Sequence record: DRR723986_6729
DNA: 48,665 bases
Reading direction: 5' to 3' (one strand)
Notes under the pieces: model-generated
The model's input: only the letters and a program-made list of their open reading frames with translations
What the model was told of the DNA's origin: nothing
Databases searched by the model: none
Shown: positions 19,211 through 28,130 of the stretch, piece after piece
Layout of the letters: each line of letters opens with the position of its first letter
Numbering within the stretch: the stretch's first letter is position 1
Translations under genes and position numbers: made by a program

Positions 19211-19366
19211 TTGAAAACCAAAGAATGCCCTTCCTGCGCTATGGAGGTAGATTCCAAAGCAAAGATTTGCCCTATCTGTAAATTCGAATTCCCTCAACGA
19301 TCCCCTTGGATTACCTGGGTTGCGATCATATTATTAATTGTTTGGATAATAAGCTATATACTTTGA
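19211..19366 (+). CDS. 51-aa zinc-ribbon protein with a C-terminal transmembrane helix (not in ORF track)
   Basis: TTG start; MKTKECPSCAMEVDSKAKICPICKFEFPQRSPWITWVAIILLIVWIISYIL*. Confidence 0.8.
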   Translation: MKTKECPSCAMEVDSKAKICPICKFEFPQRSPWITWVAIILLIVWIISYIL

Positions 19367-19393
19367 CCAATCCAACTTCAATTCCTCTCAGCT

Positions 19394-20653
19394 ATGAACA
19401 AACGTAAATTCTTAAAGTCTTTAGCCTTCCTAGGTATTGGATCTGGTTCAATTTTTTCTCCAGAAAAAGCAAAGGCAAAATCAATAGTAGATCTTGACCC
19501 TAATGCTGCTGACTTCTGGGATCAAATCCGTACTGCATATAAGCTCAAACCTGATTACATCAACCTTGAAAATGGGTATTACTGCTTTTTGCCCGAAGAG
19601 ACTTTAGAAAATTATATCAAGCATCTACGAGAAGTGAATTATCAAGCTTCAAGTTACATGCGGACGGTACAATGGGACAACAAAGCCAAAAGTGCTGCGA
19701 TGGTGGCTGAGCTTGTTGGAGCTTCTCCCGATGAAGTCGTACTGACTAGGAATACAACTGAGTCTATTGATTTGATCATTTCAGGATATCCTTGGAAAGC
19801 CGGGGATGAAGCCATCGTATCCAATCAGGATTATGGTAGTTTGCTCAATATGTTTGAACTCGCTGAAAGGCGATATGGAATCAAGGTCAAAAGAATTGAC
19901 ATCCCCATGCATCCGGAAAATGACGAGGAGATTGTAGCCACTTATGAAAGAGCAATGACTCCGAACACAAGATTATTAATGGTTCCGCATATTGTAAATA
20001 TCACAGGTCATATTTTGCCAGTTAGGAAAATTGCTGATATGGCGCACAGTTACGGGGCTGAAGTCATGCTAGATGGTGCGCATGCAGTTGGTCATTTTGA
20101 TTTCAATATTTCTGAGTTGGATTGTGACTATTACGGTTCTAGCCTTCACAAATGGCTCAGTGTTCCTCTTGGGTGCGGCATGCTTTATGTCAAAAAAGGT
20201 AAGAGTGCACAAATCCGACCGCTTCTCGCTCCTTATGAACTGGATCAAAATACACTTCTAAATCTTAATCACACGGGAACACACCCAGTCTCCACAGATT
20301 TATCTGTGATCGATGCGCTCAACTTTCACAATAAAATAGGAAGCAAAAGAAAGGAAGATCGACTGAGATACATTCAGCGCTACTGGTCAGATCAAGTAAG
20401 AGGTCTTCCAGGAATAAATGTAAATACCCCAAAAGATCCTCATCGCTCCTGTGCTATAGCCAATGTAGGTTTGGATGCTATGAGTCCTTCAGACATGGCC
20501 AAGACACTTATGGATAAGTACAAAATTTTTACAGTAGCCATTAATGGGGCTGGTGGTGTAAATGGCTGTAGGATTTCCCCAAATATTTATACCTCGGAGG
20601 AAGAAATTGACAGATTCGTTAAGGCATTAAAGGAAATGTCAGGAAATACTTAA
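19394..20653 (+). CDS. Class V PLP aminotransferase (isopenicillin N epimerase / cysteine desulfurase-like) with a Tat-like signal
   Basis: TRNTTE, DGAHAVG, SSLHKWL (PLP lysine), RISP..Y; N-terminal KRKFLK. Confidence 0.88.
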   Translation: MNKRKFLKSLAFLGIGSGSIFSPEKAKAKSIVDLDPNAADFWDQIRTAYKLKPDYINLENGYYCFLPEETLENYIKHLREVNYQASSYMRTVQWDNKAKSAAMVAELVGASPDEVVLTRNTTESIDLIISGYPWKAGDEAIVSNQDYGSLLNMFELAERRYGIKVKRIDIPMHPENDEEIVATYERAMTPNTRLLMVPHIVNITGHILPVRKIADMAHSYGAEVMLDGAHAVGHFDFNISELDCDYYGSSLHKWLSVPLGCGMLYVKKGKSAQIRPLLAPYELDQNTLLNLNHTGTHPVSTDLSVIDALNFHNKIGSKRKEDRLRYIQRYWSDQVRGLPGINVNTPKDPHRSCAIANVGLDAMSPSDMAKTLMDKYKIFTVAINGAGGVNGCRISPNIYTSEEEIDRFVKALKEMSGNT

Positions 20654-20842
20654 GTTTTTTGGGCTTCTCTCAATTGTATTTTTGATAATTACCTGCCAAA
20701 TATTATTCTGTATCAGCTTATTTAAGCGGAATAGACCTTGTCATATTTCGGATTCAATAAAAATTTTGCATTCACTCTAAATTATTCTTTAAAACCCTTG
20801 CATTTTCTTTTCTAAGGAATGAATTTTGCCTCCCTATTACGC

Positions 20843-20962
20843 ATGACACAAGTAAATCACATAGCGCCATCTTTCTCTCAAGCTACTCCAGTAGTATTGA
20901 AAGTTGATGTTATTGCTTTTTTCACTCCTTTAAGGACGTGTAGATTTTTCTATAGGGTTTAA
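20843..20962 (+). CDS. Putative arginine-operon leader peptide (39 aa)
   Basis: MTQVNHIAPSFSQATPVVLKVDVIAFFTPLRTCRFFYRV*; all 3 Arg lie in the last 9 codons; follows a -7-like GAATTTTG at 20821-28. Confidence 0.55.
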   Translation: MTQVNHIAPSFSQATPVVLKVDVIAFFTPLRTCRFFYRV

Positions 20963-21059
20963 CCCTATGTTGAATTTTTGTATTCCTACGTGGAGTACGT
21001 GCTCGCCCTTCTACCCTTTGATTTATTTACCAATTTTCCGATTGCCTCGGAATTAACAC

Positions 21060-21755
21060 ATGCAATCCCTAATGGATAACATTTCATTTCAGATTATTGT
21101 AGCCAATCCTTCTCACAAGGTTTATTCCACTCAGATTACTGATGAGATGGAAAATTCCGCAAAAGCCCGTGGTACTGGTATTGCCAAGCGTAGCCCTGCC
21201 TATGTGGAAACCAAAATGGACGAAGGCAAAGCTGTGATCGCATTGACTTCCGATGGTAAATGGGCAGGTTTCTGCTATATCGAGGCCTGGGGTCATGGAA
21301 AATATGTAGCAAACTCTGGTTTGATCGTTTCTCCTGAATACAGAAAATACGGCCTTGCCCGCAAAATCAAAAATGAAGTATTCAAACTTAGCCGTTTGAA
21401 ATATCCAGAATCCAATATTTTCGGATTGACCACTGGAGCTGCAGTAATGAAAATCAACTCTGAGTTGGGCTATATTCCTGTATCCTATTCAGATCTTACG
21501 GATGACAATGAGTTCTGGAAAGGCTGCCAAAGCTGTGTGAATTACGAAATCTTAATGAGTAAAAACAGACAAAACTGTCTTTGCACAGCGATGCTTTACG
21601 ATCCAAATTCCAAGCGCAATCACACGCAGGAGTTGGCCCTTCGTGAGGATTTCAAAAAAGATCTCAAATTATTTGATCGCTGGGTAAGATTAAAGAAATA
21701 TGTGATGCTTAAATTGAACAAGTCAAAGGACACTATTTCAAGCATCTTTTTATAA
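21060..21755 (+). CDS. GNAT-fold N-acyl-glutamate synthase (Bacteroidota ArgA substitute)
   Basis: SAKARGTGIAKRS, YVANSGLIV.PEYR..G, FWKGCQSCVNY; first gene of an arg operon that lacks argA/argJ. Confidence 0.75.
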   Translation: MQSLMDNISFQIIVANPSHKVYSTQITDEMENSAKARGTGIAKRSPAYVETKMDEGKAVIALTSDGKWAGFCYIEAWGHGKYVANSGLIVSPEYRKYGLARKIKNEVFKLSRLKYPESNIFGLTTGAAVMKINSELGYIPVSYSDLTDDNEFWKGCQSCVNYEILMSKNRQNCLCTAMLYDPNSKRNHTQELALREDFKKDLKLFDRWVRLKKYVMLKLNKSKDTISSIFL

Positions 21756-21792
21756 ATCAATTCTTCCTTTTTGGAAGCAAAATCCTATAACA

Positions 21793-22986
21793 ATGAAGAA
21801 AATAGTATTAGCCTACAGTGGAGGCTTGGATACCACATTTTGTGCCTTGCATCTTTCCAAAGAACTCGGTTATGAAGTGCATGCAGTTTTAGTGAACACT
21901 GGCGGATTTTCCGAGGAAGAATTGAAAGATATTGAAGAAAGGGCGAAAGGCTTAGGCGTAGCTTCTTTTAAGATTCTCCATGTAATGGACACCTATTATA
22001 ATGAGGTGATCAAGTATTTGGTTTATGGTAATGTGCTGAAAAATCAAACTTATCCCCTTTCTGTATCAGCCGAGCGAATTCTTCAGGCAAAATCTCTAGC
22101 TGAATATGCCAAGTCGATCGGTGCAAAAGCAGTCGCTCATGGTTCTACAGGAGCAGGAAATGATCAGGTTCGTTTTGATATGATTTTCCAAACGATTGTT
22201 CCAGACATAGAGATCATCACTCCAATCCGTGATTTGAAATTGAGCCGCGCTGAGGAAATTGACTATTTGAAAAAGCATGGTGTATCAATGAATTTTGAGA
22301 AAGCTGCTTACTCAATCAATAAAGGCATTTGGGGGACTTCTGTAGGAGGAAAAGAGACACTAACCTCTTCAGATTATCTTCCAGAAGAAGCTTGGCCTAC
22401 TAAAGCTACAGCAATAGAGCCTCTGGAAGTAATATTGTCATTTGAAAAAGGTGAACTTAAGGGTGTTGATGGAAAACAATTCGATGATTCTGTTGAAGCC
22501 ATCCAATCACTTCAAGCTTTGGCAGCTCCTTATGGAATCGGACGTGACATTCACGTTGGTGATACAATTATCGGTATCAAAGGACGCGTAGGATTTGAAG
22601 CTGCTGCACCATTGATCATCATCAAAGGTCATCAGTTGCTAGAGAAGCACACACTTACGAAGTGGCAGCTTTTCTGGAAAAATCAATTAGCTGAATTCTA
22701 CGGTAATCACCTACATGAAGGTCATTACTTAGATCCAGTGATGAGAAACTTGGAAGAATTCATGGAAAGCACTCAGACTTTCGTGACTGGTAACGTTCGT
22801 GTTCTCCTTCAACCTTACCGTTTTACTTTACTTGGAATCACTTCTGACCATGACCTGATGTCCAACAAGTTTGGCAGCTATGGTGAGATGAACAAAGGCT
22901 ATACTGCTGAAGACGTGAAAGGTTTCACCAGAATTTTGGGTAACCAAACATCGATTTTCCATAAGGTAAACTCTGACAATGACTAA
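21793..22986 (+). CDS. argG: Argininosuccinate synthase
   Basis: VLAYSGGLDT, HGSTGAGNDQVRF, GIKGRVGFEA. Confidence 0.97.
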   Translation: MKKIVLAYSGGLDTTFCALHLSKELGYEVHAVLVNTGGFSEEELKDIEERAKGLGVASFKILHVMDTYYNEVIKYLVYGNVLKNQTYPLSVSAERILQAKSLAEYAKSIGAKAVAHGSTGAGNDQVRFDMIFQTIVPDIEIITPIRDLKLSRAEEIDYLKKHGVSMNFEKAAYSINKGIWGTSVGGKETLTSSDYLPEEAWPTKATAIEPLEVILSFEKGELKGVDGKQFDDSVEAIQSLQALAAPYGIGRDIHVGDTIIGIKGRVGFEAAAPLIIIKGHQLLEKHTLTKWQLFWKNQLAEFYGNHLHEGHYLDPVMRNLEEFMESTQTFVTGNVRVLLQPYRFTLLGITSDHDLMSNKFGSYGEMNKGYTAEDVKGFTRILGNQTSIFHKVNSDND

Positions 22987-23947
22987 AATAAAAACAGCGA
23001 TCATAGGCGCGGCAGGATATACGGGAGGCGAATTACTTCGTCTGCTAGTTCATCATCCTGCTTGCGAATTGGTCTACGTACATAGCAATAGCCAAAAGGG
23101 CAAAAAAGTGTCAGAGGTTCATCCGGATCTAATCGGAGATTGTGATCTAGTTTTCACAGATGAAGTTCAAACCGAAGGAATTGATGCTGTTTTCTTGGGT
23201 TTGCCACATGGTCAGACCAAAGGGTTTTTAGAGCAACACTCCTTTTCTTCTGAGACAGTTTTGATCGATTTGTCCACTGATTTCCGTGATGAGTCGAATG
23301 GCTTTACGTATGGTCTTCCTGAAGTAAATGCTGCAAAAATCAAAAACGCAAAGAAGATCGCTAATCCAGGCTGCTTTGCCACTGGAATTCAGTTGGCGTT
23401 GCTTCCTCCTATTGCAAAAGGCTGGGTGAAAAGCACAATTCAGATCTCCGGAATTACTGGAAGTACAGGTGCTGGGAAGAAACTTGCTGAGACATCTCAT
23501 TTCAGCTATAGATCTTCAAATATGTCTGTCTATAAGCTTTTTACGCATCAGCATCTAAAGGAAATAAACCAGACTTTCAAGCAGCTAAATACAAGCTTTT
23601 CTTCCGAGATTCTATTTGTTCCATATCGTGGGAATTTCCCTAGAGGTATCTGGATTACAGCTTATTTCCCATTCGAAGGAACTCAGGAAGAAGCTGTAGC
23701 AGCTTACAAGGAATTCTATAAAGATGCTGCATTTACACATGTTTCTGACAACGACATTGACATGAAGCAAGCTGTGAACACAAATAAAGCGATTGTTTAC
23801 GTGCAGAAAGAAGCAGGTCAATTGGTGATTTATTCTGCTATTGACAACTTGCTTAAAGGAGCTTCAGGACAGGCAGTTCAGAATTACAACTTGGCGTTTG
23901 GACTTGAGGAGAGGATGGGCTTGAATCTAAAAAGTATAGCGTTCTGA
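22979..23947 (+). CDS. argC: N-acyl-gamma-glutamyl-phosphate reductase
   Basis: IIGAAGYTGGEL, IANPGCFAT, IDNLLKGASGQAVQN. Confidence 0.96.
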   Translation: MTKIKTAIIGAAGYTGGELLRLLVHHPACELVYVHSNSQKGKKVSEVHPDLIGDCDLVFTDEVQTEGIDAVFLGLPHGQTKGFLEQHSFSSETVLIDLSTDFRDESNGFTYGLPEVNAAKIKNAKKIANPGCFATGIQLALLPPIAKGWVKSTIQISGITGSTGAGKKLAETSHFSYRSSNMSVYKLFTHQHLKEINQTFKQLNTSFSSEILFVPYRGNFPRGIWITAYFPFEGTQEEAVAAYKEFYKDAAFTHVSDNDIDMKQAVNTNKAIVYVQKEAGQLVIYSAIDNLLKGASGQAVQNYNLAFGLEERMGLNLKSIAF

Positions 23948-24100
23948 TTAGATAATAGACGTTAGACACAAGATTCAAGATTTGATAAGTGATACTTTAT
24001 TATTCATCATTTCTCATTTAACATTCATTATTCTCCAACCTAGAAATTGATTTACGAAGTTCTTAACAAAGCCGTAAATCGTATTTCGTCAATCGTTATT
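23948..24100. repeat. Three degenerate heptamer tandem tracts in the argC-argD spacer
   Basis: nnAGAnn x5 (23948-82), nnnnATT x4 (24005-32), CGTnnnT x4 (24073-100). Confidence 0.7.
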
Positions 24101-24104
24101 CAAC

Positions 24105-25250
24105 ATGAAATTATTCGATGTATATCCCCTGATCCCGGTGACCATAGCAAAGGCTGATGGAGCAAAACTTTGGGACGAAAACGGACAAGAATATATAGAT
24201 CTCTATGGAGGCCACGCTGTGATTTCCATTGGTCACACACATCCACACTATGTACAGCGTATCAAGGATCAGTTGGATCAAATCGCTTTTTATTCAAACT
24301 CAGTGCAGATTCCAATTCAAAAGGAATATGCTGAAAAATTGGGTGTGCTTTCAGGTTATCCTGAGTATGAGCTTTTCCTTTGTAATTCCGGCGCTGAAGC
24401 AAACGAGAATGCAATTAAGCTCGCATCGTTTGCAACTGGAAAATCTGGCTTTATAGCATTTTCTGGAAGTTTTCACGGAAGAACATCTGGTGCTGTAGCT
24501 TTAACAGATAATCCAAAAATCGTTGCTCCTTGCAATGCACGCGAAGATTTTCATATTCTTCCTTGGGAAGATTTAGAGGCTGTAGAAGAGGCTTTGAAAT
24601 CAAATGAAATAGCTGGGATAATCATTGAAGGAATCCAAGGTGTAAATGGAATTCAAGTTCCAAATGCAGAATTTCTTCAAGGATTAGCTTCACTTGCTAA
24701 AAAATATGAGGCAAAATTGATTTTGGACGAAGTCCAGTCAGGATTTGGAAGAACAGGAAAATTCTTTGCACATCAATTGGTAGATGGAATAAGTCCCGAT
24801 ATCATCAGCATGGCAAAAGGAATGGGGAATGGATTTCCTATTGGTGGAATCTTGATCTCTCCTGAGTTCAAAGCCTCTTACGGACTTCTCGGGACTACTT
24901 TTGGAGGCAATCATCTCGCATGTGCAGCTGGCCTAGCAGTAGTGGAAGTTATTGAAAAAGAAAACCTTCTCGAAAATGCCACAACGCTTGGTGAAAAGCT
25001 TTTAACCGAATTGAAAGGAATTCCTGGAATAACTGCTATTCGAGGTACAGGCTTGATGATCGGTATCGATCTTGACCGTGAAGCTGGACCAGTACGATCA
25101 GAATTAGTGAAGAAATACCACATGTTCACAGGAAGTGCCGCAGGAAAGAATACGATAAGACTCCTGCCTCCTTTAAATATCGAGTGGAATCAATTAAATT
25201 CGTTTATATCCGCATTAAAAGAAATCTTAAGTCAATCCCCTACCAGTTAA
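24105..25250 (+). CDS. argD: N-acylornithine aminotransferase
   Basis: NSGAEANE, FHGRT, DEVQSGFGRTG, AKGMGNGFPIG, TTFGGN. Confidence 0.95.
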   Translation: MKLFDVYPLIPVTIAKADGAKLWDENGQEYIDLYGGHAVISIGHTHPHYVQRIKDQLDQIAFYSNSVQIPIQKEYAEKLGVLSGYPEYELFLCNSGAEANENAIKLASFATGKSGFIAFSGSFHGRTSGAVALTDNPKIVAPCNAREDFHILPWEDLEAVEEALKSNEIAGIIIEGIQGVNGIQVPNAEFLQGLASLAKKYEAKLILDEVQSGFGRTGKFFAHQLVDGISPDIISMAKGMGNGFPIGGILISPEFKASYGLLGTTFGGNHLACAAGLAVVEVIEKENLLENATTLGEKLLTELKGIPGITAIRGTGLMIGIDLDREAGPVRSELVKKYHMFTGSAAGKNTIRLLPPLNIEWNQLNSFISALKEILSQSPTS

Positions 25251-25253
25251 CTA

Positions 25254-26225
25254 ATGGCCAATATTATCCCGCCACTACAACACTTTACTAAATTTGAATC
25301 CCTCGAGTTAGGAAACCAATTAATCGAGCAAGCTTTAGCATACAAGGCAAACCCGGCACTTGATAAGGCGAAAGGTGAAGGGAAACGCATAGGATGTATT
25401 TTCTTAAATCCATCCCTGAGAACGCGTGTATCCACACAGTTAGCAGCTATTAACTTGGGAATGGAGCCTATTGTGCTGAATATGGATAAGGAAGGATGGG
25501 CATTGGAGATGCAGGAAGGTGCAGTAATGAATCGCGGCACTGTGGAGCATATTAAGGATGCAGCAGCAGTTTTAGGCTCCTATTTTGATATCTTGGCTAT
25601 TCGTGCTTTCCCTTCTTTGACAAATAAAGAGGAAGACATGAGTGATTTCACTTTTTCTCAGTTTGTGAAGTATTCTGGAGTTCCTGTAGTAAGTCTTGAA
25701 TCAGCCACTCGTCACCCACTTCAAAGTTTGGCTGATCAGATTACGATCAGAGAAAATTGGTCTAAAAAAACCAAACCAAAGGTTGTTTTGACTTGGGGCC
25801 CACACATCAAAGCAATTCCTCATGCAGTAGCAAATTCCTTTGCAGAATGGACTCTCGGTATGGATCATGATTTGACTATTACCCATCCTACAGGATATGA
25901 GTTGGACGAGGAGTTTACTAAAGGCGCAACTATAGAATATAATCAAAGTAAAGCTTTAGAAGACGCTGATTTTGTGTATGTTAAAAATTGGTCTTCTTTT
26001 AATGATTACGGCAAGATATTATCTACTGATTCCTCTTGGATGCTTACCGAAAATCACTTTGAAAACGCCAAAAATGCTAAAGTAATGCATTGCCTTCCAG
26101 TTAGAAGAAATCTTGAACTGTCAGATGAAATCTTGGATGGTCCTCGGTCTTTGGTTCAACAGCAAGCAAAAAATAGAATTTTCGCAGCTCAGGCGGCAAT
26201 TAGCCATCTGCTAGGAAACAAATAA
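25254..26225 (+). CDS. argF': N-acylornithine carbamoyltransferase (ArgF', predicted N-succinylornithine type)
   Basis: NPSLRT carbamoyl-phosphate motif, HPLQ, HCLPVRRN, TW.PH. Confidence 0.9.
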   Translation: MANIIPPLQHFTKFESLELGNQLIEQALAYKANPALDKAKGEGKRIGCIFLNPSLRTRVSTQLAAINLGMEPIVLNMDKEGWALEMQEGAVMNRGTVEHIKDAAAVLGSYFDILAIRAFPSLTNKEEDMSDFTFSQFVKYSGVPVVSLESATRHPLQSLADQITIRENWSKKTKPKVVLTWGPHIKAIPHAVANSFAEWTLGMDHDLTITHPTGYELDEEFTKGATIEYNQSKALEDADFVYVKNWSSFNDYGKILSTDSSWMLTENHFENAKNAKVMHCLPVRRNLELSDEILDGPRSLVQQQAKNRIFAAQAAISHLLGNK

Positions 26226-26238
26226 AGACTTACACCCA

Positions 26239-27039
26239 ATGAAAATAAGTATTATTAAAATCGGAGGTAACGTCATCGACTTTCCTGAAAAACTTGATGA
26301 ATTTTTAGCCCTTTTTGCCAAGTTTCCTGGACACAAAATATTGGTTCATGGAGGCGGAGTTATGGCATCTCGATTTGGAGAATCTCTGGGTGTAATGCCT
26401 GAAATGGTAGACGGAAGAAGGATTACTGATCAAGAAACCTTGGATGTAGTGACGATGGTTTACGCGGGTCTAATCAACAAAAATATTGTCGCTAAACTTC
26501 AGGCGCTCAAGGTAAATGCTATTGGAATGACCGGAGCTGACGGTAATATTATCCGATCTATCAAACGCCCAGTTAAAGGGATTGACTATGGATTTGTAGG
26601 TGATATACAGGAAGTTAATACCAAGTTGATTGATCATTTACTTTCAGGAGATTTACTTCCTGTAGTTAATGCAATCACCCATGATGCAAAAGGCCAATTG
26701 CTCAACACCAACGCCGATAGCATCGCCTCTGCTCTAGCCACCAGCTTAGCAAAAGAACATCAGGTCAATTTGTATTTCTGCTTCAATAAAAGCGGAGTTT
26801 TGATTGACGAGAAAAATGAAAACTCTATCATTCCGCTTATTAATGAGGATATTTACGAGGAACTACGCAAGGAAAATGTGATTCACTCAGGTATGATCCC
26901 AAAATTGGATAATGCTTTTGAAGCCTTACAAAAAGGTGTAAATCATGTTTGGATCGGGAAAGCTGAAAACTTGCATTTGGCTGCTAAGGGTAAACTTTCG
27001 GGGACGACTATCGAGAGAAGTCGTTATGATCTTTATTAA
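26239..27039 (+). CDS. argB: N-acylglutamate kinase
   Basis: IKIGGN, LVHGGG, GRRITD, NTNADSIA, GMIPKL. Confidence 0.95.
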   Translation: MKISIIKIGGNVIDFPEKLDEFLALFAKFPGHKILVHGGGVMASRFGESLGVMPEMVDGRRITDQETLDVVTMVYAGLINKNIVAKLQALKVNAIGMTGADGNIIRSIKRPVKGIDYGFVGDIQEVNTKLIDHLLSGDLLPVVNAITHDAKGQLLNTNADSIASALATSLAKEHQVNLYFCFNKSGVLIDEKNENSIIPLINEDIYEELRKENVIHSGMIPKLDNAFEALQKGVNHVWIGKAENLHLAAKGKLSGTTIERSRYDLY

Positions 27040-27057
27040 TAAAAATCTTAGGTAAGA

Positions 27058-28128
27058 ATGGAATTATACGATAGTGCAGTTGAACTTCTTACTCGATTAA
27101 TAGAGATTCCATCCTATTCGAAGGAAGAAAGCTCCACTGCTGAAGTTATCGAAGAATTTTTCACAGTTAGAGATATTGAAGTTCACAAATCTGGAAATAA
27201 CATCTGGGTTTTTGCCAATACGTTTGATAAAAATAAGCCTACGATCTGGCTGAATTCCCATCACGACACCGTAAAACCAAACGCAGGCTATACTAAGGAT
27301 CCCTTTCTGGCAATTATTGAAGATGGTAAACTTTACGGTCTTGGAAGTAATGATGCAGGAGGCCCTTTGGTTAGCTTAATTGCAGCTTTTTCGCATTTCT
27401 ATGGGAAAGAGCTTCCATTTAACCTAATCATGATCGCTTCCGCTGAGGAGGAAATTTCTGGTAAAAATGGAATTGCTGCAGTGATTGATCAACTTCCACC
27501 CTGTGAATTGGCAATCGTAGGAGAACCTACCTTGATGGATATGGCAGTTGCAGAAAAAGGCCTAATGGTAATTGATGCAAAAGTCTATGGGAAAGCAGGT
27601 CATGCCGCTAGAGAAGAAGGGGTAAATGCTATTTATTTGGCATTGGATGATTTGCAAAAGATCAAAGATTTTGAATTTGAAAAGGTTTCCCAGTTTCTGG
27701 GTAAGACAAAAGTATCTGCCACGGTTATTCATTCTGGGCAGCAGCACAATGTAGTTCCTGATCTTTGCGAATTTGTCTTGGATGTTCGAGTGACTGATGC
27801 TTATTCTTTGGAAGAAGCACTCGAGGAATTAAAAGCATCGCTTAATGCTGAACTTACTCCACGATCCCTCAGACTCCAGTCTTCTCATGTACCGGAAGGT
27901 CATTTGATTCTGAAAGTTGGCGAGCAACTTGGTCTCAAAACCTACGGAAGTCCTACTCTTTCGGACCAGGCTTTGATCCCCTACCCATCTGTCAAAATCG
28001 GCCCTGGTGATTCAGCTAGGTCACATTCTGCAGATGAATATATTTATTTGAACGAAATTCAAGAAGGCATAGTAGGCTATATCAAGATCCTTGAAAGCTA
28101 TGCTCTTAAGCTTACTCAAACTAATTAG
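27058..28128 (+). CDS. argE: M20 family deacylase (ArgE; N-acylcitrulline/ornithine deacylase)
   Basis: NSHHDTV, GLGSNDAGG, AEEE, GEPT, SHSADE. Confidence 0.9.
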   Translation: MELYDSAVELLTRLIEIPSYSKEESSTAEVIEEFFTVRDIEVHKSGNNIWVFANTFDKNKPTIWLNSHHDTVKPNAGYTKDPFLAIIEDGKLYGLGSNDAGGPLVSLIAAFSHFYGKELPFNLIMIASAEEEISGKNGIAAVIDQLPPCELAIVGEPTLMDMAVAEKGLMVIDAKVYGKAGHAAREEGVNAIYLALDDLQKIKDFEFEKVSQFLGKTKVSATVIHSGQQHNVVPDLCEFVLDVRVTDAYSLEEALEELKASLNAELTPRSLRLQSSHVPEGHLILKVGEQLGLKTYGSPTLSDQALIPYPSVKIGPGDSARSHSADEYIYLNEIQEGIVGYIKILESYALKLTQTN

Positions 28129-28130
28129 AA

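Noticed and set aside
20760-20830. ArgR (ARG box) operators upstream of the arg operon
   Set aside because: Only isolated TGCAT/TGAAT half-sites are present, without the paired palindromic half. This is not distinguishable from AT-rich background.
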